A DNA stretch of 64,000 nt, taken from assembly GCA_963833535.1 (NCBI GenBank), contig CAWHYC010000007.1, positions 9,972-73,971 of the forward strand, read 5' to 3'. Source of the stretch: an uncultured Chloroflexia bacterium. GTDB taxonomy: Bacteria; Chloroflexota; Limnocylindria; Limnocylindrales; CSP1-4. Below the pieces are notes generated by a model. It was not told the origin of the DNA. It made no database searches and worked only from the letters and a program-made list of their open reading frames with translations. This document shows positions 46,364 through 57,568 of the stretch, in pieces. The first letter of the stretch is position 1. Each line of letters starts with the position of its first letter. A program made the translations under genes and the position numbers.

Positions 46364-47404
46364 TCAGCTGACGGTCCATGTCTCGCCGCTATCGAGCAGC
46401 TTCTTCAGGTCGCCCTGCCCGCGCTGAGCGACGACCGCCTCGATCTGGCCGGTCATCAGCTCGTCATGGGTCGGGCGGCTGACATCGCGGAAGACGCCGA
46501 CGGGGACCGGGTAGTCGGGCCACCACATGCGCGAGAGCATGAAGGCCAGGTGCGGATCCTCGGCCTGCTCGTCGTGGATGAGGAGATCGGCTTCGGTGAT
46601 CTTCCCGCCGAGCTGGACGACCTCGGGATGCAGGCCGTTGAGGCGGATGCCCTGGTCGCGGTCCTTGCCGAAGATCATCGGCTTGCCGTGCTCCAGGACG
46701 AGCATGCGGTCCTCGCGGACCTCGCGGTCGGTGAAGTCCCGGTAGGCGCCGTCGTTGAAGATATTGCAGTTCTGGAGGACCTCGATGAAGGCCGAGCCAC
46801 GATGGTAGCCGGCTCGATTCAAGGTCCCCTGGATGTGCTCCGTATGGGTGTCCACGGAGCGCGCGACGAAGGTCGCCTCGGCGGCCAGCGCAAGCGAGAG
46901 CGGCATGACCGGCCGGTCGATGGTCCCGTCAGGGGTCGACTTGGTGCGCTTGCCGAGCTCGGACGTCGGCGACGCCTGGCCCTTGGTCAGGCCGTAGATG
47001 CGGTTGTTGAACATGACCAGCTTGACGTCCACGTTGCGCCGCATGGCGTGGATGACGTGGTTGCCGCCGATCGACAGCGCGTCGCCATCGCCGGTGATGA
47101 CCCAGACCATGAGGTCCGGGCGGGCCGCCTTGAGCCCGGTGGCGAGCGTCGGTGCGCGGCCATGGATGGTGTGGAAGCCATAGGTGTTCATGTAGTAGGG
47201 CAGGCGCCCGGAGCAGCCGATGCCGCTGATGAAGACGATGTTCTCCTTGGGATAGCCGAAATCGGGCATCACCTTCTGGGTCTGGGCCAGGATCGAATAG
47301 TCGCCGCAGCCCGGGCACCAGCGGACCTCCTGGTCCGAGACGAAGTCCTTGCGGGTCAGCTGGATGGGCTGGCCGGGCATGGCGCCCGTGATGGTCTCGG
47401 TCAT
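46364..47404 (-). CDS. korB: 2-oxoacid:ferredoxin oxidoreductase, beta subunit
   Basis: WCPGCGDYSIL, SGIGCSGR, ITGDGDALSIGGNH, NNRIYGLTKGQ. ATGA overlap with korA. Confidence 0.9.
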   Translation of the reverse strand: MTETITGAMPGQPIQLTRKDFVSDQEVRWCPGCGDYSILAQTQKVMPDFGYPKENIVFISGIGCSGRLPYYMNTYGFHTIHGRAPTLATGLKAARPDLMVWVITGDGDALSIGGNHVIHAMRRNVDVKLVMFNNRIYGLTKGQASPTSELGKRTKSTPDGTIDRPVMPLSLALAAEATFVARSVDTHTEHIQGTLNRAGYHRGSAFIEVLQNCNIFNDGAYRDFTDREVREDRMLVLEHGKPMIFGKDRDQGIRLNGLHPEVVQLGGKITEADLLIHDEQAEDPHLAFMLSRMWWPDYPVPVGVFRDVSRPTHDELMTGQIEAVVAQRGQGDLKKLLDSGETWTVS

Positions 47405-49260
47405 CGGCCGGCCAGCAGCTGTTCGGCGCGCTCGTGGATCTCGGCGATCCGGAAGGGCTTGCCCCGCACCCGGTCGTAGCCCTTGGCATCGACGAGATAG
47501 CGCGCTCGAACGAGCATCAACAGCTGTCCCAGGTTGATCTCCGGGACGAGGACGTGCTCGTAGCGCGACAGGATGTCGCCCAGGTTCCTGGGGAACGGGT
47601 TGAGGTGGCGAAGATGGACGTGGGCCACGCTCTGACCCTCCGCCAGCAGCCGCTCCGTGGCGCTCCGGATGGCGCCGTAGGTCGAGCCCCAGCCGAGGAT
47701 CAGCAACTCTCCGCGGTCGACGCCAAACGGCACCAGGTCGGGGATGGTGTCCGCGATGCGCGCGACCTTCTCGGCACGCAGGAGCTGCATCTTGTGGTGG
47801 TTGTCCGGGTCGTAGCTGACGTTGCCGGTGATGTCCGACTTCTCGAGGCCACCGATGCGGTGCTCGAGGCCGGGCGTGCCCGGCACCGCCCACGGTCGTG
47901 CCATGGTGACCGGGTCGCGGTCGTAGGGGTGATACGTCGCGCGATCGGTCGCGTTGGCGACCGCGATGCGCGGCAGGTCGTCGACGTCGGGCAGCCGCCA
48001 GGGCTCGGAGCCCGTGGCCAGGAAGGCGTCGGAGAGATAGACGACCGGCGTCATGTAGGTCAGCGCGATGCGCCAGGCCTCGATGGCGACGTCGAAGCAA
48101 TCGGCCGGCGTGGCCGGTGCCACGACCGGCATCGGCGAGTCGCTGTTGCGTCCGAAGAGGACCTGCAGCAGGTCGGCCTGCTCGGTCTTGGTAGGCATGC
48201 CGGTGCTCGGTCCGGCGCGCTGGATGTCGGCCACCACGAGCGGCAGCTCGACCATCACGGCCAGGCCCATGGCCTCTGACTTGAGGGCGATACCAGGGCC
48301 CGACGTGGCGGTCATGCCCATGGCGCCGCCGTAACTGGCCCCGATGGCCGCACCGATGGCCGCGATCTCGTCCTCGGCCTGGAAGGTCTTGACCCCGAAG
48401 TGCTTGTAGCCCGAGAGCTGGTGCAGGATGTCGCTGGCCGGTGTGATCGGATACGAACCGTAGAAGAGCGGCCGATCGGCCAGCCGCGAGGCAGCCACGA
48501 AGCCCAGCGCCGTTGCCTCGTTGCCGGTGATGTTGCGATACCTGCCCGGCTGCAGGTGCGCCGGCGCGACGCGGTAGTGCGTGTGGAAGATCTCGGTCGT
48601 CTCACCGAAGGCATAGCCGGCCTTGAGCGCACGCCGATTGGCCTCGACCACGATCGGGCGCTTGGAGAACTTGTCCTCGATCCAGCGCAGCGTCGGATCC
48701 ATGGAGCGCTCGTAGAGCCAGAACATGACGCCCAGCGCGAAGAAGTTCTTGGTCAGGTCGACCTGCTTGGAGGTCATCTCAAGGCCCTCCAACGCGCGGG
48801 CGTTGAGGGTCGAGATGGGGATCTCGAAGAGCGTGTAGTCCTTGAGCGAGCCGTCGGTCAGCGGGTCGCTGGCGTAGCCGGCCTTGGTCAGGTTGGCGGT
48901 CGTGAAGGCATCACTGTTGACGATCAGGGCGCCGCCTGCCGGCAGGTCCATGACGTTGGTCTTGAGCGCGGCCGGGTTCATGGCCACGAGGACGTCGGGC
49001 TGGTCGCCGGGCGTGTAGATCTCGCTGCTCGAGAAGCTCAGCTGGAAGCCGCTGACGCCGGGCAACGAGCCGGCCGGGGCGCGGATCTCGGCCGGGAAGT
49101 CGGGCAGCGTGCTGATGTCGTTGCCGAACACGGCGGACGTGCGCGTGAACTGGGTGCCGGTCAGCTGCATGCCGTCGCCGGAGTCGCCGGCAAACCGGAT
49201 CGTGACGCGATCCAGCTCCTGGACCGGCGGCGGCGGCTTCGTCGGCAGCTTGGTCGTCAC
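47401..49260 (-). CDS. korA: 2-oxoacid:ferredoxin oxidoreductase, alpha subunit
   Basis: 619-aa ORF: IRFAGDSGDGMQLTG, YPITPASDIL, MTATSGPGIALKSEAMGLAVMVELPLVV. Confidence 0.9.
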   Translation of the reverse strand: MTTKLPTKPPPPVQELDRVTIRFAGDSGDGMQLTGTQFTRTSAVFGNDISTLPDFPAEIRAPAGSLPGVSGFQLSFSSSEIYTPGDQPDVLVAMNPAALKTNVMDLPAGGALIVNSDAFTTANLTKAGYASDPLTDGSLKDYTLFEIPISTLNARALEGLEMTSKQVDLTKNFFALGVMFWLYERSMDPTLRWIEDKFSKRPIVVEANRRALKAGYAFGETTEIFHTHYRVAPAHLQPGRYRNITGNEATALGFVAASRLADRPLFYGSYPITPASDILHQLSGYKHFGVKTFQAEDEIAAIGAAIGASYGGAMGMTATSGPGIALKSEAMGLAVMVELPLVVADIQRAGPSTGMPTKTEQADLLQVLFGRNSDSPMPVVAPATPADCFDVAIEAWRIALTYMTPVVYLSDAFLATGSEPWRLPDVDDLPRIAVANATDRATYHPYDRDPVTMARPWAVPGTPGLEHRIGGLEKSDITGNVSYDPDNHHKMQLLRAEKVARIADTIPDLVPFGVDRGELLILGWGSTYGAIRSATERLLAEGQSVAHVHLRHLNPFPRNLGDILSRYEHVLVPEINLGQLLMLVRARYLVDAKGYDRVRGKPFRIAEIHERAEQLLAGR

Positions 49261-49790
49261 GCGCCGTCCTGCTCTTCCATGCGCTGGTGCGGTCGAGGGG
49301 GCAGGTTGAGGATCGACTCCGGGAACGCTTCGGCGACATAGGCCAGGATGTCCTGCTGGCGGAGCAGGCCGACGATCCGTCCCTCGGCGTCGACGAGCGG
49401 CACGTGGCGGTAGCCCCCTCGGTCCATGAGCGCCAGCGCCTCGCCCATCGTCGCGTCCGGTGTCAGCGCATCCGGCCCGGCGGTCATGAATGCGTCGACG
49501 GACGCGTCGAGATCGACCGCCTGGCCGACGACCTTGAGCAGCACGTCTCGCTCGGTCAAGATGCCCGCCAGGTGTCCGTCCGCCGAGACCAGGATGCAGT
49601 CGGCCCGCGCCGCCTGGATGGCGGCGATGCCATGACCGATGGACGTGCCGGTGGCCACGATGATCGGGTCGCGACCCATGACAGCGCGCACCCGTTCGCT
49701 GCGCAGGTCGCGGTCCGCGAGCGCGCCCGATGCAGACTGTCGACGGGGACCCGAGGTGCCGCCTGCACTGAGGCCGGTCTGGGTGCTCAC
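49257..49790 (-). CDS. CBS-pair protein
   Basis: ILVSADGHLAGILTERDVL and YRHVPLVDAEGRIVGLLRQQDIL. Its stop overlaps the korA start by 4 nt. The GTG start at 49790 is tentative, because the ORF N-terminus is not protein-like. Confidence 0.65.
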   Translation of the reverse strand: MSTQTGLSAGGTSGPRRQSASGALADRDLRSERVRAVMGRDPIIVATGTSIGHGIAAIQAARADCILVSADGHLAGILTERDVLLKVVGQAVDLDASVDAFMTAGPDALTPDATMGEALALMDRGGYRHVPLVDAEGRIVGLLRQQDILAYVAEAFPESILNLPPRPHQRMEEQDGA

Positions 49791-49845
49791 GGCGCAGAGT
49801 CTACCCCCGACCGCGCTCGAGAGCGCCGCGGCTATCATCGCCGGC

Positions 49846-50298
49846 GTGACCCGTATCGCCGTCGTCGCGGACGACCTCATCTGGGCCAGCCGACTGACCG
49901 ACGCCGTGGGCCGCGCTGGTGCTGAGCCACGTCCGCTGTCGGCTACTGCCGTGCTCGCTGACACTGGCGTCGCACTCGACAGCGGCGGACACGACGCCCA
50001 AACCAGGGTCGAGGCGACTGGCCGCCAGGCTCCCGCGACCGAGGGATGCGACGGCGCCATCGTCGACACGGCGCTGATGACGGCCGACCCCATGGTCGTC
50101 ATCGCAGCACTCCACGACCTCGGCCTGCCGGTCCTCGCGGTGGCAAACCACGACGACGTCGCGCGCCGTAAGCGCGCGCTGGCCGCCGGCGCGGGCAAGG
50201 TGCTCGCCTACCGCAAGCTGCACGACGACGGACCGGCGACCATCGCCACCTGGATCGAGTCGATCCATACGAGCACCCATCGCGTGTCAGGTCGATGA
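49846..50298 (+). CDS. stand-alone receiver-like (CheY-fold) protein, tentative
   Basis: VTRIAVVADD..., AIVDTAL, VLAVANH, GAGKVLAYRKL, arranged as in receiver domains with an insertion. In frame within ORF 49639..50298. Confidence 0.4.
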   Translation: MTRIAVVADDLIWASRLTDAVGRAGAEPRPLSATAVLADTGVALDSGGHDAQTRVEATGRQAPATEGCDGAIVDTALMTADPMVVIAALHDLGLPVLAVANHDDVARRKRALAAGAGKVLAYRKLHDDGPATIATWIESIHTSTHRVSGR

Positions 50299-50311
50299 TC
50301 ACGACGTCGTT

Positions 50312-50480
50312 AGTCCCCGCAGGACTCTACGGCGCATGGTGGGCCGCCTTCGCCCCTGATCTCGGTCCTGAGGGCGGCAATCCCACGCGTGGACACCGTA
50401 GATTCGTCGATCTGAGTCCGGTCAGGACTGATCAAGGCCCAGAGACCCCCGTGGTGGTCGCTTACAGTCCCGGGGGGACT
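50312..50480. promoter_or_regulatory. three AGTCC-N5-GGACT inverted repeats in one 208-bp intergenic region
   Basis: Copies at 50312..50326 (AGTCCccgcaGGACT), 50415..50429 (AGTCCggtcaGGACT) and 50466..50480 (AGTCCcggggGGACT). Centre-to-centre spacing is 103 and 51 bp. Confidence 0.55.
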
Positions 50481-50506
50481 ACCGCGAACGCCTCGCCCTC
50501 TGGGTC

Positions 50507-51683
50507 GTGGTTGCTTTAGTGACGACGGCCCGGGGCCCGGTGGTGGCCATCCCCGCGACCCGATTTGCAGAGCGCCTGTCGGCCGCGCGGGATGCGACGC
50601 ACGATCGCGGCGCGGCCGCCCTGCTCATCGGGGTCGGCCCGCAGCTGCGCTGGTTGACGGGCTATGCCGCGCGACCCCTGGAGCGGCTGACCACTGCTGG
50701 TGCTGCCGGTCGATGGCCCGGCCGCGCTCATCGTGCCGCGCCTCGAACGAGCGCCGGCGCTGGGCTCGCCGGCCGGCGCGGCCGGCCTCGTCGACGTGGT
50801 CAGCTGGGACGAGACGGACGATCCGATCGAGCGGGTGGCGGCCAGCCTGCCGGCCGGCGCCGATGCAGGGCGCCTCCTGCTCTCCGATCACCTGTGGGCG
50901 ATGCACGCGCTGGCGCTGCAGGCGCGCTTCGCCGGGGCGGCGTTCGGGCTCGCCGCGCGGCCCTCGCCGAGCTGCGTGCCGTCAAGGATGCCGACGAGGT
51001 CGATCGCCTGCGTGCCGCGGGCGCGGCCGCGGACCGCGTCGTCGAGGCCATCGCGGCGGGGCGGTTGATCGGGCGCAGCGAGGCCGAGGTCGCTCGAGAG
51101 GTCCACGAGCGGCTCCTCGACGAGGGTCACGACGAAGCTGCCTTCGCGATCGTCGCCTCCGGCCCGAACTCGGCATCGCCGCATCACGATCCCGATGATC
51201 GACGGATCGGCGCCGGGCGACGCCATCGTGCTCGATATCGGCGGCATCCTCCAGGGTTACTGCTCCGATACCACGCGGACCGTCTGGGTGACCGGTGGCA
51301 CGGATAGCCCCGACCCCGACTTCGTGACCCGCTACGCCGTCCTGCAGCGCGCCCAGGCGGAAGCGCGTGCGGCGGTCCGGCCGGGCATCGCCTGCGAGGC
51401 GATCGACGCCAGCGCGCGGACGGTCATCAGCGACGCGGGCTACGGCGACCAGTTCATCCATCGCACCGGCCACGGCATCGGCCTCGAGGTCCACGAGGAT
51501 CCCTACATCGTGGCGGGCAATGCCCAGCCGCTGCGGGTCGGACATGCCTTCAGCATCGAGCCCGGCATCTACGTCGAAGGCCGCGACGGAGCTCGCATCG
51601 AGGACATCGTCGTCTGCGGGTCGAATGGAGCCGATGCCATGAACCGATCGAGCCGCGACCTCTATGTCGTGAGCGGTACCTGA
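50507..51683 (+). pseudogene. M24 family metallopeptidase (Xaa-Pro peptidase type) with three frame changes
   Basis: Consecutive pieces lie in alternating frames: ...RWLTGYAARPLERLT | LVLPVDGPAALIVPRLE...HLWAMHALALQARF | ALAELRAVKDADEVDRLRAAG...ASGPNSASPHH | GDAIVLDIGGILQGYCSDTTRT...IHRTGHGIGLEVHE...FSIEPGIY...ARIEDIV. Junctions are near 50693, 50955 and 51217. Confidence 0.75.
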
Positions 51684-51750
51684 CGACCGGGCGTATCATC
51701 GGAGGCCATGACGCCGGCGACCACCGGCGTGACAGCCCGACTGCGAAACG

Positions 51751-52236
51751 ATGACCGAGCCCGACGATCACATCGTGACGACCGCGACCGCCGACGCCCA
51801 GCCACCCGCTGACCACTCCACGCCGCCCGCGACCGACCGCGCTCCCGTGCCCGGCGACAGGCCGCCGCAGACGAACGGAGCGCCGGAGGCCAACGGGATG
51901 TCGCCGACGAACGGCGCACCGGCCATGCACGGGGCACCGGCCATCAACGGCGACCTCGAACGAGGCACGACGGCTGCCCAGCTGCGACGCTTCATCAAGT
52001 CACGGCCGTACGTTCCGATGCACGAGCTCCGGCGCCGCTTCGAGCTCAACGGCGAGTGCGACGATGTGACCGCGATGGAAACGCCCGCTGGGCGCTGCTA
52101 CATCGGCTTGCCCGAGCGCGAGGGCCGGTTCATGGCCGACCTGGTACGCCAGGGCGAGGTCGGCATCGAGCTCGGCCATGACCCCGAGGTTGCCATCGTG
52201 GTCGGCGTCTTCCCGATGCGACCGGTGGGGCGATGA
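51751..52236 (+). CDS. hypothetical protein with NGAP-type low-complexity N-terminus
   Basis: 161-aa ORF with G/C-rich third positions. The C-terminal 90 aa look globular (LRRFIKSRPYVPMHELRRRFELNGECDD...). No family recognised. Confidence 0.45.
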   Translation: MTEPDDHIVTTATADAQPPADHSTPPATDRAPVPGDRPPQTNGAPEANGMSPTNGAPAMHGAPAINGDLERGTTAAQLRRFIKSRPYVPMHELRRRFELNGECDDVTAMETPAGRCYIGLPEREGRFMADLVRQGEVGIELGHDPEVAIVVGVFPMRPVGR

Positions 52237-52296
52237 CCCGAGACCAGCTTCTGCCGTCTGTCCCTCGCGTCTCGTCGTGGTCACGATCCCCCACGT

Positions 52297-52857
52297 TCAG
52301 CCCACCAGCTGCGCCACCGGCACCGCCACGCCTTCCCGCGCCAGCAGGTCGCGCTTGACCTCGAGGGCATCCGCGCCACCGCCGTAACCGCCGATCGAGC
52401 CATCTCCTGCCACGACCCGATGGCAGGGGATCAGCAGCCAGAACGGGTTGCGCCCCAGGGCGGCGCCGACCGCGCGGGCCGCACCGGGGGCGCCGATCCG
52501 TCGCGCCAGCCGGCCGTAGGAGGTGACCTCACCGCGTCGGAGTGTGCGTGCACCTTCGAGCACGCGTCGATCCCAGGCCGAGATGCCCCGCCAGTCGAGC
52601 GGCAGCTCGACCGTCGGCTCGCTGCCCGCAGCGACCTCAGCCACCGCTCGGAGACCGGCGTGAAGCAACCGCTCCCGACCGTCCGGCGGCGACGCCGCGT
52701 CGACGGGCGCGACGCGCCCACCGAGTCGATCGCCGACACGTCGAGCGACGGCGTCCGCCGACCAGTCGCGCTCGATGGCCGCGACGCCGGTCGCGCTGGC
52801 GACCACGTGGACCGGCCCCCATGGGCTGGCCGCAGTCGCCATGACAGCGATCGACAT
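52297..52857 (-). CDS. ogt: methylated-DNA-protein-cysteine methyltransferase
   Basis: [37 protein letters not shown] (PCHR active site). Confidence 0.9.
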   Translation of the reverse strand: MSIAVMATAASPWGPVHVVASATGVAAIERDWSADAVARRVGDRLGGRVAPVDAASPPDGRERLLHAGLRAVAEVAAGSEPTVELPLDWRGISAWDRRVLEGARTLRRGEVTSYGRLARRIGAPGAARAVGAALGRNPFWLLIPCHRVVAGDGSIGGYGGGADALEVKRDLLAREGVAVPVAQLVG

Positions 52858-52904
52858 CGCTCCTCGGTCCGGTCTTCGTCATGTTCGGGAGTATCGCCGC
52901 TGAT

Positions 52905-52919
52905 ATACTCCCCGGGAGT

Positions 52920-52921
<2 letters not shown>
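52905..52921. promoter_or_regulatory. ATACTCCC-C-GGGAGTAT palindrome at the Cu ATPase start
   Basis: Perfect 8-bp arms. It overlaps TATACT (52904..52909) and the ATG at 52920. An extra GGGAGTAT half-site lies at 52887..52894. Confidence 0.5.
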
Positions 52922-55242
<2,321 letters not shown>

Positions 55243-55328
55243 CCGAGAGGCCCGGGTCTGCCGACGTGGCGACCTTGGCCCGGTCATGAGGTCCTCCGCA
55301 TGGGACCACGCGCTACCCTCTGCAGATC

Positions 55329-57568
55329 GTGTCGATCGACGCCTTCGAGGCCATCCTCGGGCGGATGCTGGGACCGCGGACCGCGGGTTCGGCGCTGCCG
55401 ATCTTCGACCCCGAGCCTTGGCTGCCGTCTGAGGCCGAGAGCCGGCGAATGACCGAGCGCGGGGCGCCCGACCGTCCCCTCAGCGTTGTCGAGGGTCCGT
55501 CGACCACCAAGGCTGCCACCACCGCCGAAGGCACGACGGCCATCGAGGCGGCAACCGCCTCGCTGACCGCCGCCTTCCTGGTCGCCCTCTGTGGTCGGGC
55601 GCATCCGACCTTCGGGCGGGCGATCGCCCATCTGGACGCATCCACCGACCGATGCGCCTGGCCGGCCTGGCGGACCTCTATCGCCGCGCCGTGGTCATGG
55701 TGACCGAGGAGATCGAGCGCGCCTGCGCCGGCGATCCCGACGTCGCCGATCGGCTGGCACGAGCCGCCCAGAGGCTGGAGTCGCCGGACGGCGGAGACCC
55801 GGTCGAGATCCTCTGGTCGGTCTTCTTCCCGGAAGGCGTTGGGATCCGCGGTCATCAATCGGAGCGAGAAGCGAGCCTTCGGGCGGCACGGACGGTCACG
55901 GTCGTGGCCCCCAATCCGGAGCCGATCGTCGATCCCGGCCGCCAGCTCCTGTTCACCTCCAACGTCCTGCTGACGATCCCGTCCGAGATGCGCCCGGTCG
56001 ACGCGTTGCCGTACGCGGCCGACCTCCGCCGTGACCTGGCGGCCGCGTCCGCCGAGCCACAAGCACACTGGTACGACCACCCCATCCAGATCGGAGTCGA
56101 GCCGGCCGGCAACGAGCTGCTCTACGGCTTGCGCGGGCTGGACGAGGCTGTCGAGTTCGAGCGCCAACGGGCCTCCGTGACCGGCCGGGTGACGTGCCTG
56201 TTATCCGTCTCGGTCACGCATCCCGGGCTGCACGCCATCGCCCGGAGTTACGTCGAGGCCGAGCTGGCGGCCGCGGAGGCGCTTCGCTATCTCGACGTCT
56301 TCGTGTTCACCGAGGACGACACCGAGCGCCTGGTCGACGAGGTCTTGGGACCGGCCGCCGACCGCTACCTGCCGACCGATCTGGCGGTGGCACCGGAGGC
56401 CAGGCGGGCACGCTTCCGCGCAGTGTTCGGCGTGGATGGCGCCTATGGACGCCACTACACCTTCCTGAAGGCAGTCACGGCACTCTGGCAGGTGCTCATC
56501 GATCCCGGCGTCCGTGGCACATTCAAGATCGACCTCGACCAGGTCTTCCCGCAGGCCGACTTGGTGGCCGAGACCGGTGCTTCGGCGTTCGAGCACCTCC
56601 AGACCCCGCTCTGGGGTGCGCAAGGCACCGATGCCGGCGGTCGCGAGCTGGACCTCGGGATGATCGCCGGCGCTCTGGTCAACGAGCGCGACATCGGCCG
56701 CGGATTGTTCACAGCGGACGTGGCCTATCCCGCTGGGCCGCTGACGCCGGACCGGTCCGTCTTCTTCAGCGCGCTGCCCCAGGCGCTCTCGACGCGGGCG
56801 GAGATGATGGAGCGCTACGACACGCCCGAGCGCGATGGGGAGACGACGTGTCTCCAACGCGTGCATGTGACCGGGGGCACGAACGGGATCCTGGTCGATT
56901 CCCTGCGTCGGCATCGGCCGTTCACGCCCTCGTTCGTCGGGCGTGCTGAAGACCAGGCGTACCTGCTGTCAGTCCTTGGGCCGCCGAGCGATGGCGACGG
57001 CACCGTCGGATCCACGCCGCGCCTTGCGTATGCGCACGCGGCGGGGCTGATCATGCGCCACGACAAGGAGGCGTTCGCCGGTGAGGCCATGGCCGCCGCC
57101 GAGGCCGGCAAGGTCATCGGCGACGACGTCCGGATCCTGCAGTTCTCGGCATATGCCAGGGCGATCGAGGGTCGCACGGATCGCTCCGCGGGCGATCTCG
57201 ACCTGCCGACGGCCGGGGTCGTCAAGACGATCCTCGATCCGTTCACGGGCTGCTTCGTCTCGCGGCTGCCGGTCACCGTCGTGATGTTGCGCTTCGCCTT
57301 GCGCCTGGCGCAGGCCTTCGACGACGGACGGGGCACGCTCGGCCTGGAGATGGCGGAGATCGGCGCACGGCGCCTCAGTGAGGCGCTCGCGTTCACCATG
57401 GGCGACGGGTTGTACACGGCGGTGGAGCGTGAGCGGGCTGCCTGGAACGATTACTACGACGTGCTCGACGCTCTGGAGCGCTCTCTCGCCGCCGGGGACC
57501 CGTTCGCCCTGGACATCCAACGGCGAGCCCGCGAGATCGTCGCCGGGGCGCGCGTCAGCGTCGCCTGA
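55329..57568 (+). CDS. large conserved-looking hypothetical protein (possible GT-A-like fold); either two overlapping genes or one gene with a frame change near 55650
   Basis: ORF 55652..57568 (638 aa) has protein-like composition throughout. The upstream ORF 55329..55703 is also coding-like until ...AIAHLDASTDR, then turns Trp/Pro-rich exactly where the 638-aa frame opens. Motifs: TFKIDLDQ and GRAEDQAYL. Confidence 0.5.

Noticed and set aside
50415-50429. CCGGTCAGGAC inside the second palindrome resembles part of the guanidine-III (ykkC-III) riboswitch and, loosely, the SRP RNA apical region.
   Set aside because: The remaining conserved positions and the pseudoknot partner of guanidine-III are absent, as is the GGAAGCAGCC core of SRP RNA. 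The same arms recur in two other copies with different loops.
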